Positions 40,927 to 55,578 of a DNA stretch of 64,000 bases are shown piece by piece. Both the position numbers and the translations under genes were made by a program. The first letter of the stretch is position 1, and each line of letters starts with the position of its first letter. Below the pieces are notes generated by a model. The model saw only the letters and a list, made by a program, of their open reading frames with translations, did no database searches and had not been told where the DNA came from. Source of the DNA: Bugula neritina (Eukaryota; Animalia; Bryozoa); assembly GCA_964035545.1 (NCBI GenBank), contig OZ037767.1:1809680-1873679 (forward strand). The letters are read 5' to 3'.

Positions 40927-43900
40927 ACTATACAGGCATTACTATAATTTTGGTAATACTAGGTAAAACATAAATATAAAATGTGTTTTTTTATGACTTT
41001 ATATTTTAATTTTAAAAGCTGATTAATGGCTAATACTATAGATGTACATAATATTTTTTAATTCTAAATAAAATTTTCTTCATGTACAGAACTTTTTTAT
41101 TCATAAGCTTTTCAGCACATAATAACTTTTAGCCATTTTTTCCACGTACATGTTTGGTACATTGAAGAGAGCTTGAGGTATGTGCAGATCCTTTAATTCC
41201 TTAATTTCACATAAATTTATGTAGAATTGAAAATTTTTAAAAATTTCAATAAAATGAGTTATATGTTGATTAATACTGTATACAATCACATGACAAGCTA
41301 TAATTGTTTGTTATCTTTAAAAACAATGAACATGAATTAATTTTAAAATTTCTCAATAAATGGTTTATTTCCAGTAATTTTTATGAAAATTATTTTATTT
41401 AACAAAGTTTAAGTGGAAACTTTTCATATTCAAGTCAACCATGACTTGTCTAACAAAATAGAAGACCAGCTGTTTCAGAACGTGTTTTTTTCAACGCTCA
41501 CTTAATAATTAAAAATACCACTAAACCCATTAAATTCATACTAACTAAAATTATTGAGTTGTTCAGGCATAAAATTAATGGCATTTAGAGTTGCCCTACC
41601 CTGGTCACACTTCATAAAGTACCTTATAAGTAATTATACCAGTTAATAATACATATTTTAATAAAATAATTACTAAGCATTTCAGCTACTAGTACTTGGT
41701 TACCTTAATATGCTTTAAGCATTGCTGATGTAAAGACTAGCAGATGTTTCTAGTATGCAATGCACTCTTTTAAAGTTTTCAAACTGTGACCAAAGATAAA
41801 AGACCAACATACCACGTCTAAAAGCTGACCTCAACTTTCGATACGATTTTCATTCATACAAGCATGAAGCTTTGAGGTGCTGAAGAAACAAGCTCAGATT
41901 GTTGTTTACAAAAGCTTTTAGCTACGACTTGATTTGCACATGTAACGGAATAACAACAGAAATTAAAAATGGAATCAATTCTAAATTTAATGCTCATTGA
42001 CGAAGGATGAAAGAATAACAAATAATGTAAAACTATTCATGGGCATACCATTATTATCAATTGGAAATAAAAAATATTAAATCTAATATGCTAGTTGTGC
42101 ATCAAAATTACATAAAATACGTAATACTTTATAGACAATTCTAACAACAAATTATTTTTGCATCTGCTAATTTAAAAGAGTTTTACATTTAAATTTGCTG
42201 TTTTTCAGCAACTTCAATGCCTCATACTGCTACATTGTTATGCTGCTGTAATGTACGTGTATAGACTATAAAGCACATGCTATAATTGCTCAAATATAAG
42301 ATGTCATTTATCTAGAGGCTACAAGAGTAAGTAGTCCATTAATACCAACATTAAAGCCTAAGGCTACAATATAGTAAGACCCAAGGCTGGTTATGTCGTA
42401 CAGGAACTCAAAGCTCGCCATATAAAAATAGTTATCATAATTATATACAATTTATCGTAAAGGTAATATCATATGTTACATAACATTATAGTTATTAAAG
42501 TTGAAGCAAGTAACAAATTAATGAGCGAATTTCTTAACCCGAGAGTAGATTTATAAAATATAAAATTCATGAGAAGCATTAGTTATTTTTCTATGCAGTA
42601 CTTACTAAAATTTATCAAGTATGTTAGCTTTGTATATAAATAGTAGGTTTTTACTTTTTAGAATATTTACTTAACGCCAGTTAATAAATTATGGAATTAT
42701 GAAATGGAGGAAAATATTTCACAGAATTTAAAAAAGAAACTAAATTAGGTTTTGGAAAGCTGAAGAATATAATATCATGTGCATATAAAGGTGGTACAGT
42801 AAAGGGACAACCATTTTAATAATGTATGCTGAATTTACACTTTTTCTAATAAAATATTGCAAATTAATGCAAAAGTTAGACTGTAGATCTTTGTTTATAA
42901 ATGTAAATGTTTTAAACTGTTTCATATATTATTTACACACATATAATAAACTTCTTACTGCTGTTTTAATCCAATAATTATAAAGTTCACTGGTTGAGAT
43001 ACGAACTCTCTTAACAACCTAGATATCTTGTATCGCCACTTATTATACTATGTTTGCTATTTATACACGCTTAAGTATTTGCTTAGCTCTTTAACTATTT
43101 AAAAGATTAAATAAAATGATATACTTAGCTCAACAGAACATATTTTTCACTTGTATGGCATCTCGTAGTCTAGAACTTAAAACTTGAACTAGATAAAGGT
43201 CGGGTACTCATAACACCCCCTCACTATGCATAAATATATTATACAGTTGCATGTAACAACGTGGTTTCTACACTCTGGTGTATTTGAATTAGTCTAGCGC
43301 ATATATTGTTTTACTAATGAATAATATTGATACTCCGTAGGTATTTGCTGCAGCACCTGCTGTATGAAAGTTGGCTATTTGTATGGAGGAGAAAAACTGC
43401 AGATATACTCAGTGACGCTTTATAGCAAGTGCTTGAATTGACACTTGGTGGCAAGTGTTGGAACTGCCACATTAAGAAGTAAGTGTTTATAAACCCAAAG
43501 GTAATAAATAAGATAGAATAATAAAAAATATGTTTCAATGAGATTTTAGTCAACTAAAATTGTGTATAGTGTACCTTATTAAACGAAGTTTACAAATATG
43601 TTTAATTGTATAATGGGAATAAATTAAAATAACATTATAATGATAGTATTTATCTTATTATGGCTATAGTAATGCATAGAGATCACATCATATCTCATAA
43701 TATTATTTGCAGCACAACATATTACATCATATTACATTTATTATATTATATAGTTTCCTGTAAGACATATCAGTAATGTTATGTTTATTCAACATATTTA
43801 AAATTCATTATATATCTAAATTAATTGAAGGCTAATATTAAATACGGCTAATTATTGTCTAAAATGATTTTAACTTGTCTTCAAATTATGTTCATTTATT

Positions 43901-46497
43901 AAGCTATTTTACTGTATAGAGTATATAACAATATACCATATAATTAATTATATATATTGGATTACAACAGTTTTAGGCTAATAATGAAATAGCTTGAATT
44001 ATGTATCATAAATTGGGCAACATATTAAATTCAATATACTATGTATTATTATATTATATACTATACATATTGTGCTTTTTCTCTATGCGAAATTATTTAT
44101 AATTTTCTTACTAATGGCAAGACAAAAATAAACGTATTTAGATTATTATTCTTATATGCAGCGCTAGTTAAACAATTATTTACTTTATACTAAAAGCTAG
44201 CTTAATTAAATCAAAACTTGTTGTTATTGGAAATTTTAGAAGTGCAATGAAAAGACATTGTGTTCTAACGAGTAGCAATTTATTATCACTAGAAAAATTG
44301 AGATTTGCTTATTGTACTTTAAACAAGTGCATGTAAAAAAGAGCTTTGCTATAACAAGTCAAAAAGTCAGACTTATTGCAAAATGAAATATTATTTTGAT
44401 AATATCTTTTTATATTACTTTCTACATAGACCAGGAAATACATTTTCATATATTGTATAACATTCTATGATGATAAGAATAGCTATCATTTTGTAAGAAA
44501 ATAGGAAAACTTGTTTTATTTTGAAGTTTCACATTTGAAAATCAATTCAATGTCAACGCTTGTGACATAGTTTTAAGATAATTAAACGGCAGCTTATAGT
44601 GGCAGCAGTAGAGAGCTTCAAGCATACTGAGGGCGTGTCACTGGAACATTGATCAAAGTGGCCCCCTTTCCTTTATCAATTTTAGTTTGTTCCCATACAT
44701 TTGACAAAATTTCTTTTGCATTCTATTTGTGCAATTAGAAGAATTGTTTAGAAATATAACTCTTGTTTACAAGCTTGACAAGTGCTTGGGTTGGTATAAG
44801 TGTTTTATAATATTAGTACAACATTGAAACATTTCTAACAACATTATATATGCTAAGTCTGGGCTAATGTAACATATATGGAGCAATAATAATATTGTGA
44901 GTGGCTTGCTTTGAAATGTCCTTCAGGTTTTGTAGTAGTGTCGTTCTAATAATCATATTCAGTATTTCTCAAGAAAAAAATAGCTGTGGTTCTTATGATG
45001 AAGCTATTAATATTGGTTGGGAGGTGCTTCATGCCACACTGAATTAACAACAAACTAACTTGAAAGGCTGTTTATTTATGAAAGCTAAATTAGCCAATTA
45101 GAGATAAATATTTATATTTATTTCACTTTACAAGTATAATAAAGAAAACAACGCAATAACTCAGCTGTAACTATAATTATAACATCTATGCTATTCATGA
45201 TTCAAATTGTATTTGATAGCTGAGAATGCAAATAATACGTAGATATTGGCTAGACTAATCATAATATTGGGAGATTAGAAAGGACTTGAAGTACAAATAT
45301 GCTTATTATCATGGAAACTAATAACGAATTGATATTATTATATTCCTGTTCGAATATTTATTTCATTGTCATATTATTATGATACAAACTGAACATTGTT
45401 TTAGCTTTTAGCTTTTGAAATACTAAAGTATAAATATTGCATGACAATATTCAACGTTTAAAATACAACAGTAAGTTTATATTCACTATTCAATGCATGA
45501 TTAAATAAAACTGATAAAATTAACTACCTTTTGAGCTTGAAACCTTTTAATCAAAGATAAATTATAAATGAATGATTTCTCATAAACTACTAATAGAAAT
45601 AATAAACAATAACAGCACTGTACCTGTACCCATAGGTATCTGTATTATATAAGCATAATGTAAATATGTAATATAGTTTTTGGAAACTAAATAGTACACA
45701 CTATAGCAACCTAGCTAAAACACTTATAAATAATTTAGTTCCGTTTGTTAAACAAACGTATTTGTTGAATTAGTCACCATAAAGCCAGTGTATTAATTTA
45801 CTTCAGTTTACTAATGTTATACTAATTAGTAGAGACACTTCAGCTTGATTATATAATATAGTATTACAATTTGTATTATCTACATAGGCATATAGATATA
45901 TAGTAGAACTAGTAGTATTGAATTCATGCAGACAATTCTGTACTACTCAGTATGACTATAGTTGAGAGAGCACTAACAGATACCTACTACCAGCGTAGGT
46001 AATATATAAGGTAATGCATGCAGGGTAATGTAAGATAATTCAAGTAATGTAAGATAATTTAAAGTAATGCAATGGTAATATTGCATTGTACTCGATGCAG
46101 TGTTGGACGACTAACGACTACAAGTAATTTTCTATATAGAGAGAAGACTTTTGGCTGAAAGCAAGTTATTTTCATCCAGGCATTAGTTTGTATTGTGATA
46201 GAATTTGGCTTACTGTAAGAATCACCCGATAAGGAATACGCAGTTAAGAAAGCCGTTACAAGTTTATGCTGGTAATAAGTATAAATACCTTTCTCTACAT
46301 CAGAACCAGTGCAGTGACCACTTCAAATACTTAATCTTCTTAACCACTTCGTCTGCTGTTTATTGCATTAGTGGTTACGTCACGTGACTGAATGCTAGCG
46401 AAAGGATCTTAGCTGATTAACCAATAAACTTCCTTTTCTACTTTTAGACACAGGGTTTCGCAGATGCATAAACATGATGTAACCTGGAAAATCCAAG

Positions 46498-49400
46498 ATG
46501 TCCGCGAGTAGAAAAGAGAAAATATCCTCGTCATTTATAGACGTGCAGTTGTCTGCTCCTGAGCCAAAGCTGCATAGCAATGCAGACAGATATAGGTAAT
46601 TAGAGAGCTCAGGTTGTTGGGTGCTGGTTTAACGGCAAAAAGCTTAACTTAAATTCTACTGTATAGTAACATTGGCTGTTTTGAAGTGGGTTCCATTATA
46701 ACCACACTGTAGTACAAAGCATAGCTGTTGTATTACTATTAGATGTTCATAGCAATGCTTTATCACAGAGTAATGATAATGTGGTAATGATCATAACTTT
46801 AAAGTCTAAAAGAAAAATTAACTAAATAAATTTTCCAACAGTATTTTGTAAGATAGTTTTTATAATCTTTTATACTGACTACAAAAAGGACCTCAAAAGA
46901 ATTGCATTTTTCAACAGCTAAAATGCCGTGCATTAAGCTAGTATTTATAATGAGAAAGTTTCTAGTCACACTTTAATATTACTCCTGGGATATAGAGAAT
47001 GATTGTGGCTAGCTAAAAGATGTGGTTGATAAGTTGGTGTAAAATTTAGATTCAACGAATACAGCAGCAGCCAATCAGTGGCCGGCGTGCTGCAAAGGCC
47101 TCCACATTACTCTTCTAACCTCACTTCTGCTGTTTATAGACAACGATCTACATTATCCAGTAAAGGTAAGGGGGTATCATCACTTCTCATTCTATTGTCA
47201 CCTTTATATATGTAAAATATTAGACTAACTCTTTTATTGTAAAAACACTTTTACTTGGTATCTTTTCTAATTATTGAGTAATGGCAGATATGCAGGGTTT
47301 TACGCATAGCCATCGGTTCTACAAAAACTCGGTAGTGTGAGAAGCTATTTACCCAACAAAGCATGCTTTAAGCCCTAATGCCCAACCAATAGCTGAGAAC
47401 CTGAGCTAAGTAAAACTCTACATTTCTGTAACTATTTCTCATATCTTGCACTATGCAACTAATACGTGTCTGTCTATATAAAACAATCAGCAATAATAAT
47501 GACTTCACTTGGTGTGTCTATTCTATACACTGGATTACTAATGTGTGTATAACTATGCTAATATGCACGTGCACTCTTACTTTCATGGGTGATAACTCCT
47601 AAAAATGTTTAAAAAAACACTTTACAAAGTAAGGAATTTTCTATAAAACGTATGCAATGCTTTAAAAAGAATAAATAAGGCACTATTTATGAAAAGTCTT
47701 ATTTTTAAAATTGTTATTGAATGAAAATGCAACGGTTTTTTTTTACAAAAAGTAGGTTTATATTATGCTATAAAAATACTTTGCAATTACCCAAATAATT
47801 ATGTCTGCTTACAACTCATTCACACAGAATATGTGTGTAAGAAGGAATTTGATTCTATGTGTTCACATATCCGGTATTACAGTTTTACAAAAACAGGAAC
47901 CTATTCCAGAAATACAGAAAGACTCTTTTTTTCTCTCCTGCACTAAAGAGTACATGCCTCCACTCTCTCATGACAGCGACAGCGAATATGACACGGACCT
48001 GGAAGAAGACTTTCCCGCAAAACGCTGCCGTGAGTTATTCTGATTTATAAAATACTGAGTCAGCAGTAAATCAGGGGAGAGGAATTGTGGTTTTGTTTGT
48101 AGTTTTTTGTAGTTTGCTATCACCAACATTTTTTTATCTCCAGAAAGTTTGAGACTTTTATATGCAGAAAAAATTGTGCCTTTGTTCATATGCGTGTGCG
48201 TGGTAAATAAAAAAATATTGTGTATTATAATTACATGCATTATTGTATTGTTATCAGCTGTCACAATTTTACTATTTTATATTTATTACTATATCCATGT
48301 ATTATAATGAACTATGCTATTATTTTATTTTATAACTATGCTATTGTATTTATATTGTATTATCACATTGTACATAGTTATTATATTTATATAATATTAT
48401 ATTATTTATATTGTATATATTATATATCAGTAGCTGCTATTGTATTTATGTGTAGGCTATAATATTATTATTTTATCAGATGTAATTACTATATATGTAT
48501 ATAATAACATATAGTACTGTAATATTCTTATATTATTGTTATAATATATAACATTTTAGCTCCTCCCACACACTCAAACCCTCGAAGTCAAGTTGATTTC
48601 TACAAGGCTGTGTGTTCAAGAGTTGGAATTATCCCGATTTCTTCATATGAGAAGAACATCGACAAAGAAGAGTGTATACTCAACTATCGTAAAATAAATG
48701 GCATTGAAAGTAAAGCCCTCAGTCTTCCTCTTCAGGTTAGTAAACAAATTATTCTATAGATGTAAAGAGAAAGTAAAGAAGAGAAGTAATATAATCCATA
48801 AAAGTCTGTGTATAATGCTAAGGTATGAAGTATAATCACCATAAGGTTAGGTAGTAGACAACTTCTAATTCTAAGTTAACGTTGAGTTGTGCAGCAGTCA
48901 TGTTTAATTAAGGACTCTACACCAACCCTCCTCTTTCTCAACCTACAGGTGTGTTCACATTAATTAAAATATTTCCAGGATAACCATGGCTATTGAAATC
49001 ACTAATATATTAATTGTCAAAAAAAATGGAGATACATTTTGAGACGATTTGTTTTATAACAAAAAATTGTATATTCAATAGGGATAGGGAAATTTTATGC
49101 ACCCACTGGTTAAAAAAAATGCTTGTTTACACGTAAATATGTAGATTATAATTTGTACATGCAACCAGAATACACCAGCTTGGAAAAATGTCTGTTTATC
49201 TAAATGTTTTTTAAAATGTGCGAAACATACTTTTTCTAAAACAAGGATGCCAGATTCAGCCTGCCATGTCTGCTCATAAAAGTGCTCAATGTGATCGACT
49301 AAATGACATATTTTTTACAATCACCTTTAGGTCAACCGTTCAATCCACAGACTGGAACTTCAAGAAAACCTGTTGTCAACAATTGGTGCTAAATGGATTT

Positions 49401-52400
49401 CCCAGCTGATACACGAGAACACAACTCTTACTAAGTTGGTAGGCTGTTTATGTGACTTTCAGTAATTTCTTTTAAAGACTACGTTATTATTCAGTAGAGT
49501 CATCTTATGAAAAGAAATCTTTTTTTGTAGAATTTAGCTGATAACAAAGGTGCTTTTAATAAACCCGAATCAATACAGAATCTATGCAATGCCTTGATCT
49601 TTAACAAAACCATATCTCAGCTTGATCTCTCCGGCAATCACCTTCATGACAAATGTGCTCCAGCCATATCTTACCTTCTCCAGGTTTGTAGTTCGGGATA
49701 ATTGACTCAACATAAAATAGCTTCGTGAAGCATGAAAATCCTAAGTCAAAATATAGCACTTATATTGAATGCATCAAAAATTATATTTTGTGCAGTAAAA
49801 CTTTTACCAAAATATTTCTTAAAAAGTTGTTATACTTATAGTAATTATTACAGATAAGTTTTCTACAGTAGCTGCATGCAGATACATCATAAATTCAAGT
49901 AACAGTTGAGACTTTTTCATCACAAGCATTTTTCCACCAACTAAAGGAATAAACTAATTATTATGTAAAGAGGAAAAAAAGTGCAGTATACATTTTACAC
50001 ACTTTTTAGAATACTCGTAGTCTTAGATTCCTGAACCTAAGCCACAATGAGCTTGGAAGTGAGGGTGGTAACTACATAGCAATAGGCCTGTCCCGCAATG
50101 AGTCTCTGCATACACTGGATCTCAGTTGGAATCATCTGCGCCTGGCAGGAACTAGCAGTCTGGCCTTCAGTCTTCAAGTAACCAACTGTTTTTATAATAT
50201 TATATGATATGATATATTATAATTTGATACGGTGCAATATAATATGATACAATATTATATATTATGATATGATACGATATATTGTATTATATATTATGAT
50301 ATGATACGATATTGTATTATATATTATGATATGATACGATATTGTATGATTTACCATGTATAGTTAGCTGTATGCATCATACTGTAGAACCTGCTGTTTA
50401 GACAGTATGTACTATTATAAATGCTAATGTTTTGTACGCAGCTTGAAATTCATTGACCCTGTAACTTTCCTTAGAAACTATAATAGTATTTCTTACATCA
50501 TATGTAAGAGTGTCTTCTTGAATGTAGGAACTAGGGCATAAGTTTTGATGCTGCTATTTGCCTATTTGCCATTTGCTGTAGTACATATTTTCAAGTTTCA
50601 GTTTCCTTTACCAATATGTCTGAATATATTTATATTTAAGGAATCCTCTGCACATATGTATGGTGCAGCTTACGATAGAAAAGTTTGTTGTCCAACTTTT
50701 GCTTTTAATTTAAAGTTCTTTTTTACAAAATTTTGAAAAAAAAATGTAGTTCAAAATAAAAATTTGCTAAATTAAGCTGTTTAGCTACCATGCAGTTATT
50801 TACCTCCACTATTGTTTGCAGGAGAACGTAACTCTACAAAAACTTTATCTTTCGATGAATGGATTTGGATTAACAGGAGTAGTCTCCCTTGCCACAGCTC
50901 TTAAAGCTAACTCTAGTCTGTTGGAACTGGACATCAGTGACAACAGAATACCAATAGAGGGCGCTGCTGAGCTGGGGAAAGTATTCACTGTCAATGACTC
51001 ATTACAGGTGCTCAAGGTACGCCTCAACTTGAGTATTGCTTGATACAACTCAAGTCACACTTAATGCAAATTATGTCTAAGTTTTTGTTGATGCACGATG
51101 GCTATGTTCAAATAAAGGTAAAATGCGGTTAAGAACCAATATCCTGCAATACAATAAAGCAAACTTTCAAGTCATAATACTCCTGAGTTAATTTTATATT
51201 TGTAATATAGTAGTATATAGTACTATAGCTATATAGCTATATAGCTATATAGTAATATAATTATATAATAGTATAGCTACATAGTAATATAGATATATAT
51301 TAACAAAATATAGATATATGCTACATTAAATACAGAAAGTTTGATTCGTTAGATTGGTCAAAACCCCATACAGACTCATGGCTCCTATGCATTCATCAAG
51401 TTTCTACTTGACTCCAAGAATACAAGTCTGCAGGTGGTCGACATGCAGGTAGGTTCAGACTACAGATATTATTGGCTAGTGTAAGTTAGGCTGTACGCTA
51501 TTGGCTAGTATAAGTTAGGCTATATGCCATTGGCTGGTATAACTTAGGCTGTACGCCATTGGTTAAAAGCAGTGTAGACTTTTATGCAAACTAAAAACTT
51601 ATCAAGCAAATTATTTTAAAGAATTTTTTTACCAATTCTTTAAATTTAATGCGGTGCACAGTTTACATGTAAGGCTACACTTTTATAAGCCTACATCTGA
51701 TTGAATATATTCAATTATTACTTTATTTATTTATTATTTATTTGATTATTGTTTTATTGCTATAGAAAGTAACAGTGTTAGATGTGTTTATGGATGCAGT
51801 CATGGAAATCAGAACTTATAATCCAACATTTCAAGTTCGAGTGGGGACAATAATTGCATCACCCGCTATTAAACTAGAAACTGGGAAGAACAAAGGTTAG
51901 AATCTGAGTCACTCGTAAAATCGAATGTGGTGTTAATTCGGCAAATATTTTATTATGAATTTATTGCAATTAGAAAGGCTATGCCCTTTAAGCATTTATA
52001 GACACTTCAATTATGAAAACATGGAAAAGTATGAATGAGTTAAATTTAGTAAATATATTATACAGTATATTGTGTTTGCACTATTACCAAGTAGGTGGAA
52101 AATACACACTTAATGCAGCTAGACATGGGAAACAAACTCCAGATAACAGTCAGGCTAATGCTGAAAAGAGCGGCTCTTTTGTTACGATATATTTAATAAA
52201 AGCCATAATCTGATGAAGTCACCTAATAACTATTATAACATCAAAGGTTCCACTGTAAACATGAATATCATTGCATATGATGAAATATTTCCCATGACCA
52301 TGAAATAACTTTTATAATTGTTATACAGAGATTTCTGATGCCAACCCACTCATGATTGTGGTGACCTACATGGAGTCTCAGCGAATGAGAATTGTTGACC

Positions 52401-54187
52401 TTTTTAAAACTTGGGACGCTGACAATAGCATGAGTCTTACAAGAGATGAGTTTAAGGAAGGGTTGAAGGTGAACCACCCTTTAGTGATACTAAGATGCAG
52501 GCTACAGATATTTAACACAGTGGCACGACATTTTGAAAATGACAATTGGAAAACACCTATTTGAAAAATGGACAATTGGAAAATAGACATTTGGAAAATG
52601 AAAAATATTCAACATGGTTTGGTCCTGAGGGGTTGTCCGGCATTTAGTCAGTTCCAAAATAGCTTTTAAAAATAAATATAATGGCCAAATCAGTTAGCCT
52701 ATCATGGAAGTAGAATTGGTTAGGTACCGAGTAGTTCTAATTTAAAATTGTTCACATTTATAAAAAGCTTTTTGAACCCGACCAGATACTAAACGCCCCC
52801 TCTAGACTATGCCATGTTGAATATTTTTCATTTCCCAAATGTTTATTTTCCAATTGTCCATTTTTTAATTGTCCATTTTCCAAACATAGGCGTTTTCCAA
52901 TTGTCATTTTCGAAATGTCGCGGATTCACACGCACACTGCTCTTCATTATATCATATTATAGTTGTTTATAAACACTTCCATATTTATTTTATTATACTA
53001 TAGTTTATAAAAGATTCTATATTTATTATACTATTATATTATATTATATTATATTATTATAGTCTATAAACACTCCCTTAACTGAAGCACAGTTAGATGA
53101 ACTTATACAGATGTTAGATGAGGATGGAAATGGAGAAATAGAGTTGAGGTAATGCATGTCCTGTAATGTTCTGTGACGTTATAGCACGAGACAGTATTAT
53201 AATACTAATCTAGAGCTAATGGTCGTATGGTGAATTTGAACATGGCTATTTGCATGTAATGTTTATATGGAAGATGATTTTAAACTATGTTATGATTTCA
53301 TTCATTTCTCTCTGATATAAAAGTCACCAACTCCTGTCCACTTTAACTGGTTTAACATTGAAATTGTTCTTTCTCAGTTACAGCGGTTTGCGCTGTTTAC
53401 CCATTAGTAAACTTTAGTTCATGCAGATACTGCCATGGCTTCTTTATCACTCGTACTGCTAACCAAGAGTTTGAATATTCTCTGGAGACATAATGACAGT
53501 TTTTTATTATTCAAATACTGATTTATTACCTCGTAAATAGCTGAACAGCAGCTTAATCTAATCCGCTGATGCACTATTTTATTCTTTGATGGTTTTTATT
53601 ATAATTACTTTTAAATCAAGCTCTACGATAAGCTACCGGTACCTTTATTTATGAACAGCATTAAATTTTTAAACTTTGAAAAATAAATAATTACCAGTTG
53701 CCCTAAGCTAACTTTTTTCTAATATACAATCGAATTCAAATCTCTAAAATTTAAAATAATAAATAATGGCACAGTGTATAACTAAAATTATCACACTATA
53801 GTCAAAATTTTATTTATTAAAATTATGTCTAAGTTGATGACTAATGATTGCAGCGAGTTGATACAGTCCATAGAGCGAGATCATAAAGGCATACGGAGAA
53901 AGGCAGCAGAAGCAGCAAAAGCCGAGGGGCCATTTCCAAGACTTGTCGGCTCGGCAGTGAAAAAGAAAGGCGAAGACCGTGACATCCTGACAGAGGTGGA
54001 GGACATGTTAGATGAAGCTTCACAAAGAGGCTTGTCTTTTGAATGCAAATACGGCCCTGCATTGATGAGCGACGAGAGCAGCAAGTATTACACTCCTTTC
54101 AAATACCGGCAAACGCAGTACAGTGGGAGGTCCCTCGGCAGCCATCCGATATCTGATCAGCTCACTGACAGCGACCTTTACTTCTGA
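46498..54187 (+). CDS. Second LRRC74-like LRR+EF-hand protein, about 648 aa, 13 coding exons
   Basis: Exons: 46498-46595, 47050-47165, 47883-48029, 48560-48735, 49331-49438, 49531-49683, 50010-50177, 50822-51016, 51353-51448, 51766-51895, 52329-52468, 53063-53148, 53854-54187. Motif DSDSEYDTDLE; LRRs LNLSHNELGSEGG and LDLSWNHLRLAG; EF-hands DADNSMSLTRDE and DEDGNGEIELSE. Exon sizes 108/168/195 are shared with the first paralog. Confidence 0.85.
51470..51564. repeat. 29-bp tandem repeat (about 3 copies) just downstream of a donor site
   Basis: attggctagtataagttaggctgtacgcc-like units. Confidence 0.8.
52520..52929. mobile_element. MITE-like non-autonomous DNA transposon with about 95-110-bp imperfect terminal inverted repeats
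   Basis: Left arm cgacattttgaaaatgacaattggaaaac...aaaaatattcaacatgg (about 52526-52617) is the reverse complement of right arm ccatgttgaatatttttc...gttttccaattgtcattttcgaaatgtcg (about 52812-52920). No ORF; exact ends and TSD unresolved. Confidence 0.8.
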
Positions 54188-55578
54188 CCTCCCTGACTAT
54201 TGGTCTAAATAACCACATTATTTCATCCTATCACGAAACAGCTTGGTTAAGCTAGGTCTTTCTGCCTCTGTGTGTTACATCTGGTATAATATTAATTTTC
54301 TGTCACTCTTAGCTGGTTGAGAATTAACATTGTTTTCATAAAAACCCATTTATTTGAGCTGCAGCTTGTTATTATGCTGATGCCTAATTTACTTTTACAT
54401 GAAATTTTCCAGCCCATTTTGTGGCGCAACAAATTAGAGTACCAATAAAATGCATGAGAAAACTTTCAGTAACTCTGCAACTATTTCAGGAAATGCGGTT
54501 TTTCAAAAGTTTCACTCATCCTTAATGCTCAGTTAGCTGAGATATTATTTTTAATTTCTATCCAATTTAATTTTAGATATTTTTTCTAAAAGTGTTTTAA
54601 AGTTTATAGAAACTTGATTCAAGATCTAACTTTAGAAATGCTGGAATATTCTGATGGTACATATTTGGATATAATGTAGGCAAGAACAGTGTCCAACAAA
54701 TTAATTTGTTCTACTCGACAACAGAGTGATCTATAAATTTATGTTTGAATAAAGCTGTTGGAGTACTAAAATAATCTTCAGAACTTTACAAATTTACTAT
54801 AAAATTAGCACAAGAAGTAAATGTTATATTATATTATTACTAAATATAATATATATTAGCATTTCCATATTTTATTTTTTATAAAAACCAGCCAAGTTAT
54901 AGAAAATAAAAAATCCTAATGAACTACGATTTAGAAAAATGGCCCAGTTTCGTAACAAGTTTATAATCTACATTTATAATCCATAGGTGACCTATAAGTG
55001 AACAATGAGCACTCATCAATCTTTATTGCACATCAACAGCACTAGGCTATAAATTATATCTCAGGATTTCAATAATTCTTAATTAAAGGGTGCGAACTGC
55101 GTGGGAATTTTAAAGTCGGGATAATCTCTGCCACTGATGGAGGATTAGAAAATTTTTATGGATATGAAATATACTTAATGTGTATATTTTGCAAAATATC
55201 AAAAGTAAAATATGATCAGTCTGCCTTCAAGACCAGAAGGAGAAGCATGAGCTACTGAAGGAGGTTAAAGGGTACGTTACAAACTTTTAACATAATGTTG
55301 GCTAAGTTTTGTATGTGAAATTTATGTCAACATGTGCATCAAAACAATTGTTGTTCTTTACTTATATCAGCAGTTAAATATATTTTATTTGATAAAAGGG
55401 TTGAAACAGATTATATATATCGAAATATTTTTTATTCATGATAATTAGGGATTTCAAGTGTTGTAGCATAGAATGATCATACTTTAAAGGCCTACCATTG
55501 AATAGTGTACAGTCTGATATAATTGTAGTCTCTACCCAGTAGCTTTATCTGTATTTTTTCAGGCAGTAAGGAAATATA

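Noticed and set aside
40930-45900. 5-kb AT-rich intergenic region with short ORFs
   Set aside because: No recognisable protein motifs, consistent exon chain or clear repeat structure.
47132-47144. X-box-like GTTTATAGACAAC with a nearby CCAAT
   Set aside because: Falls inside the phase-consistent coding exon 47050-47165, so a promoter role is unsupported.
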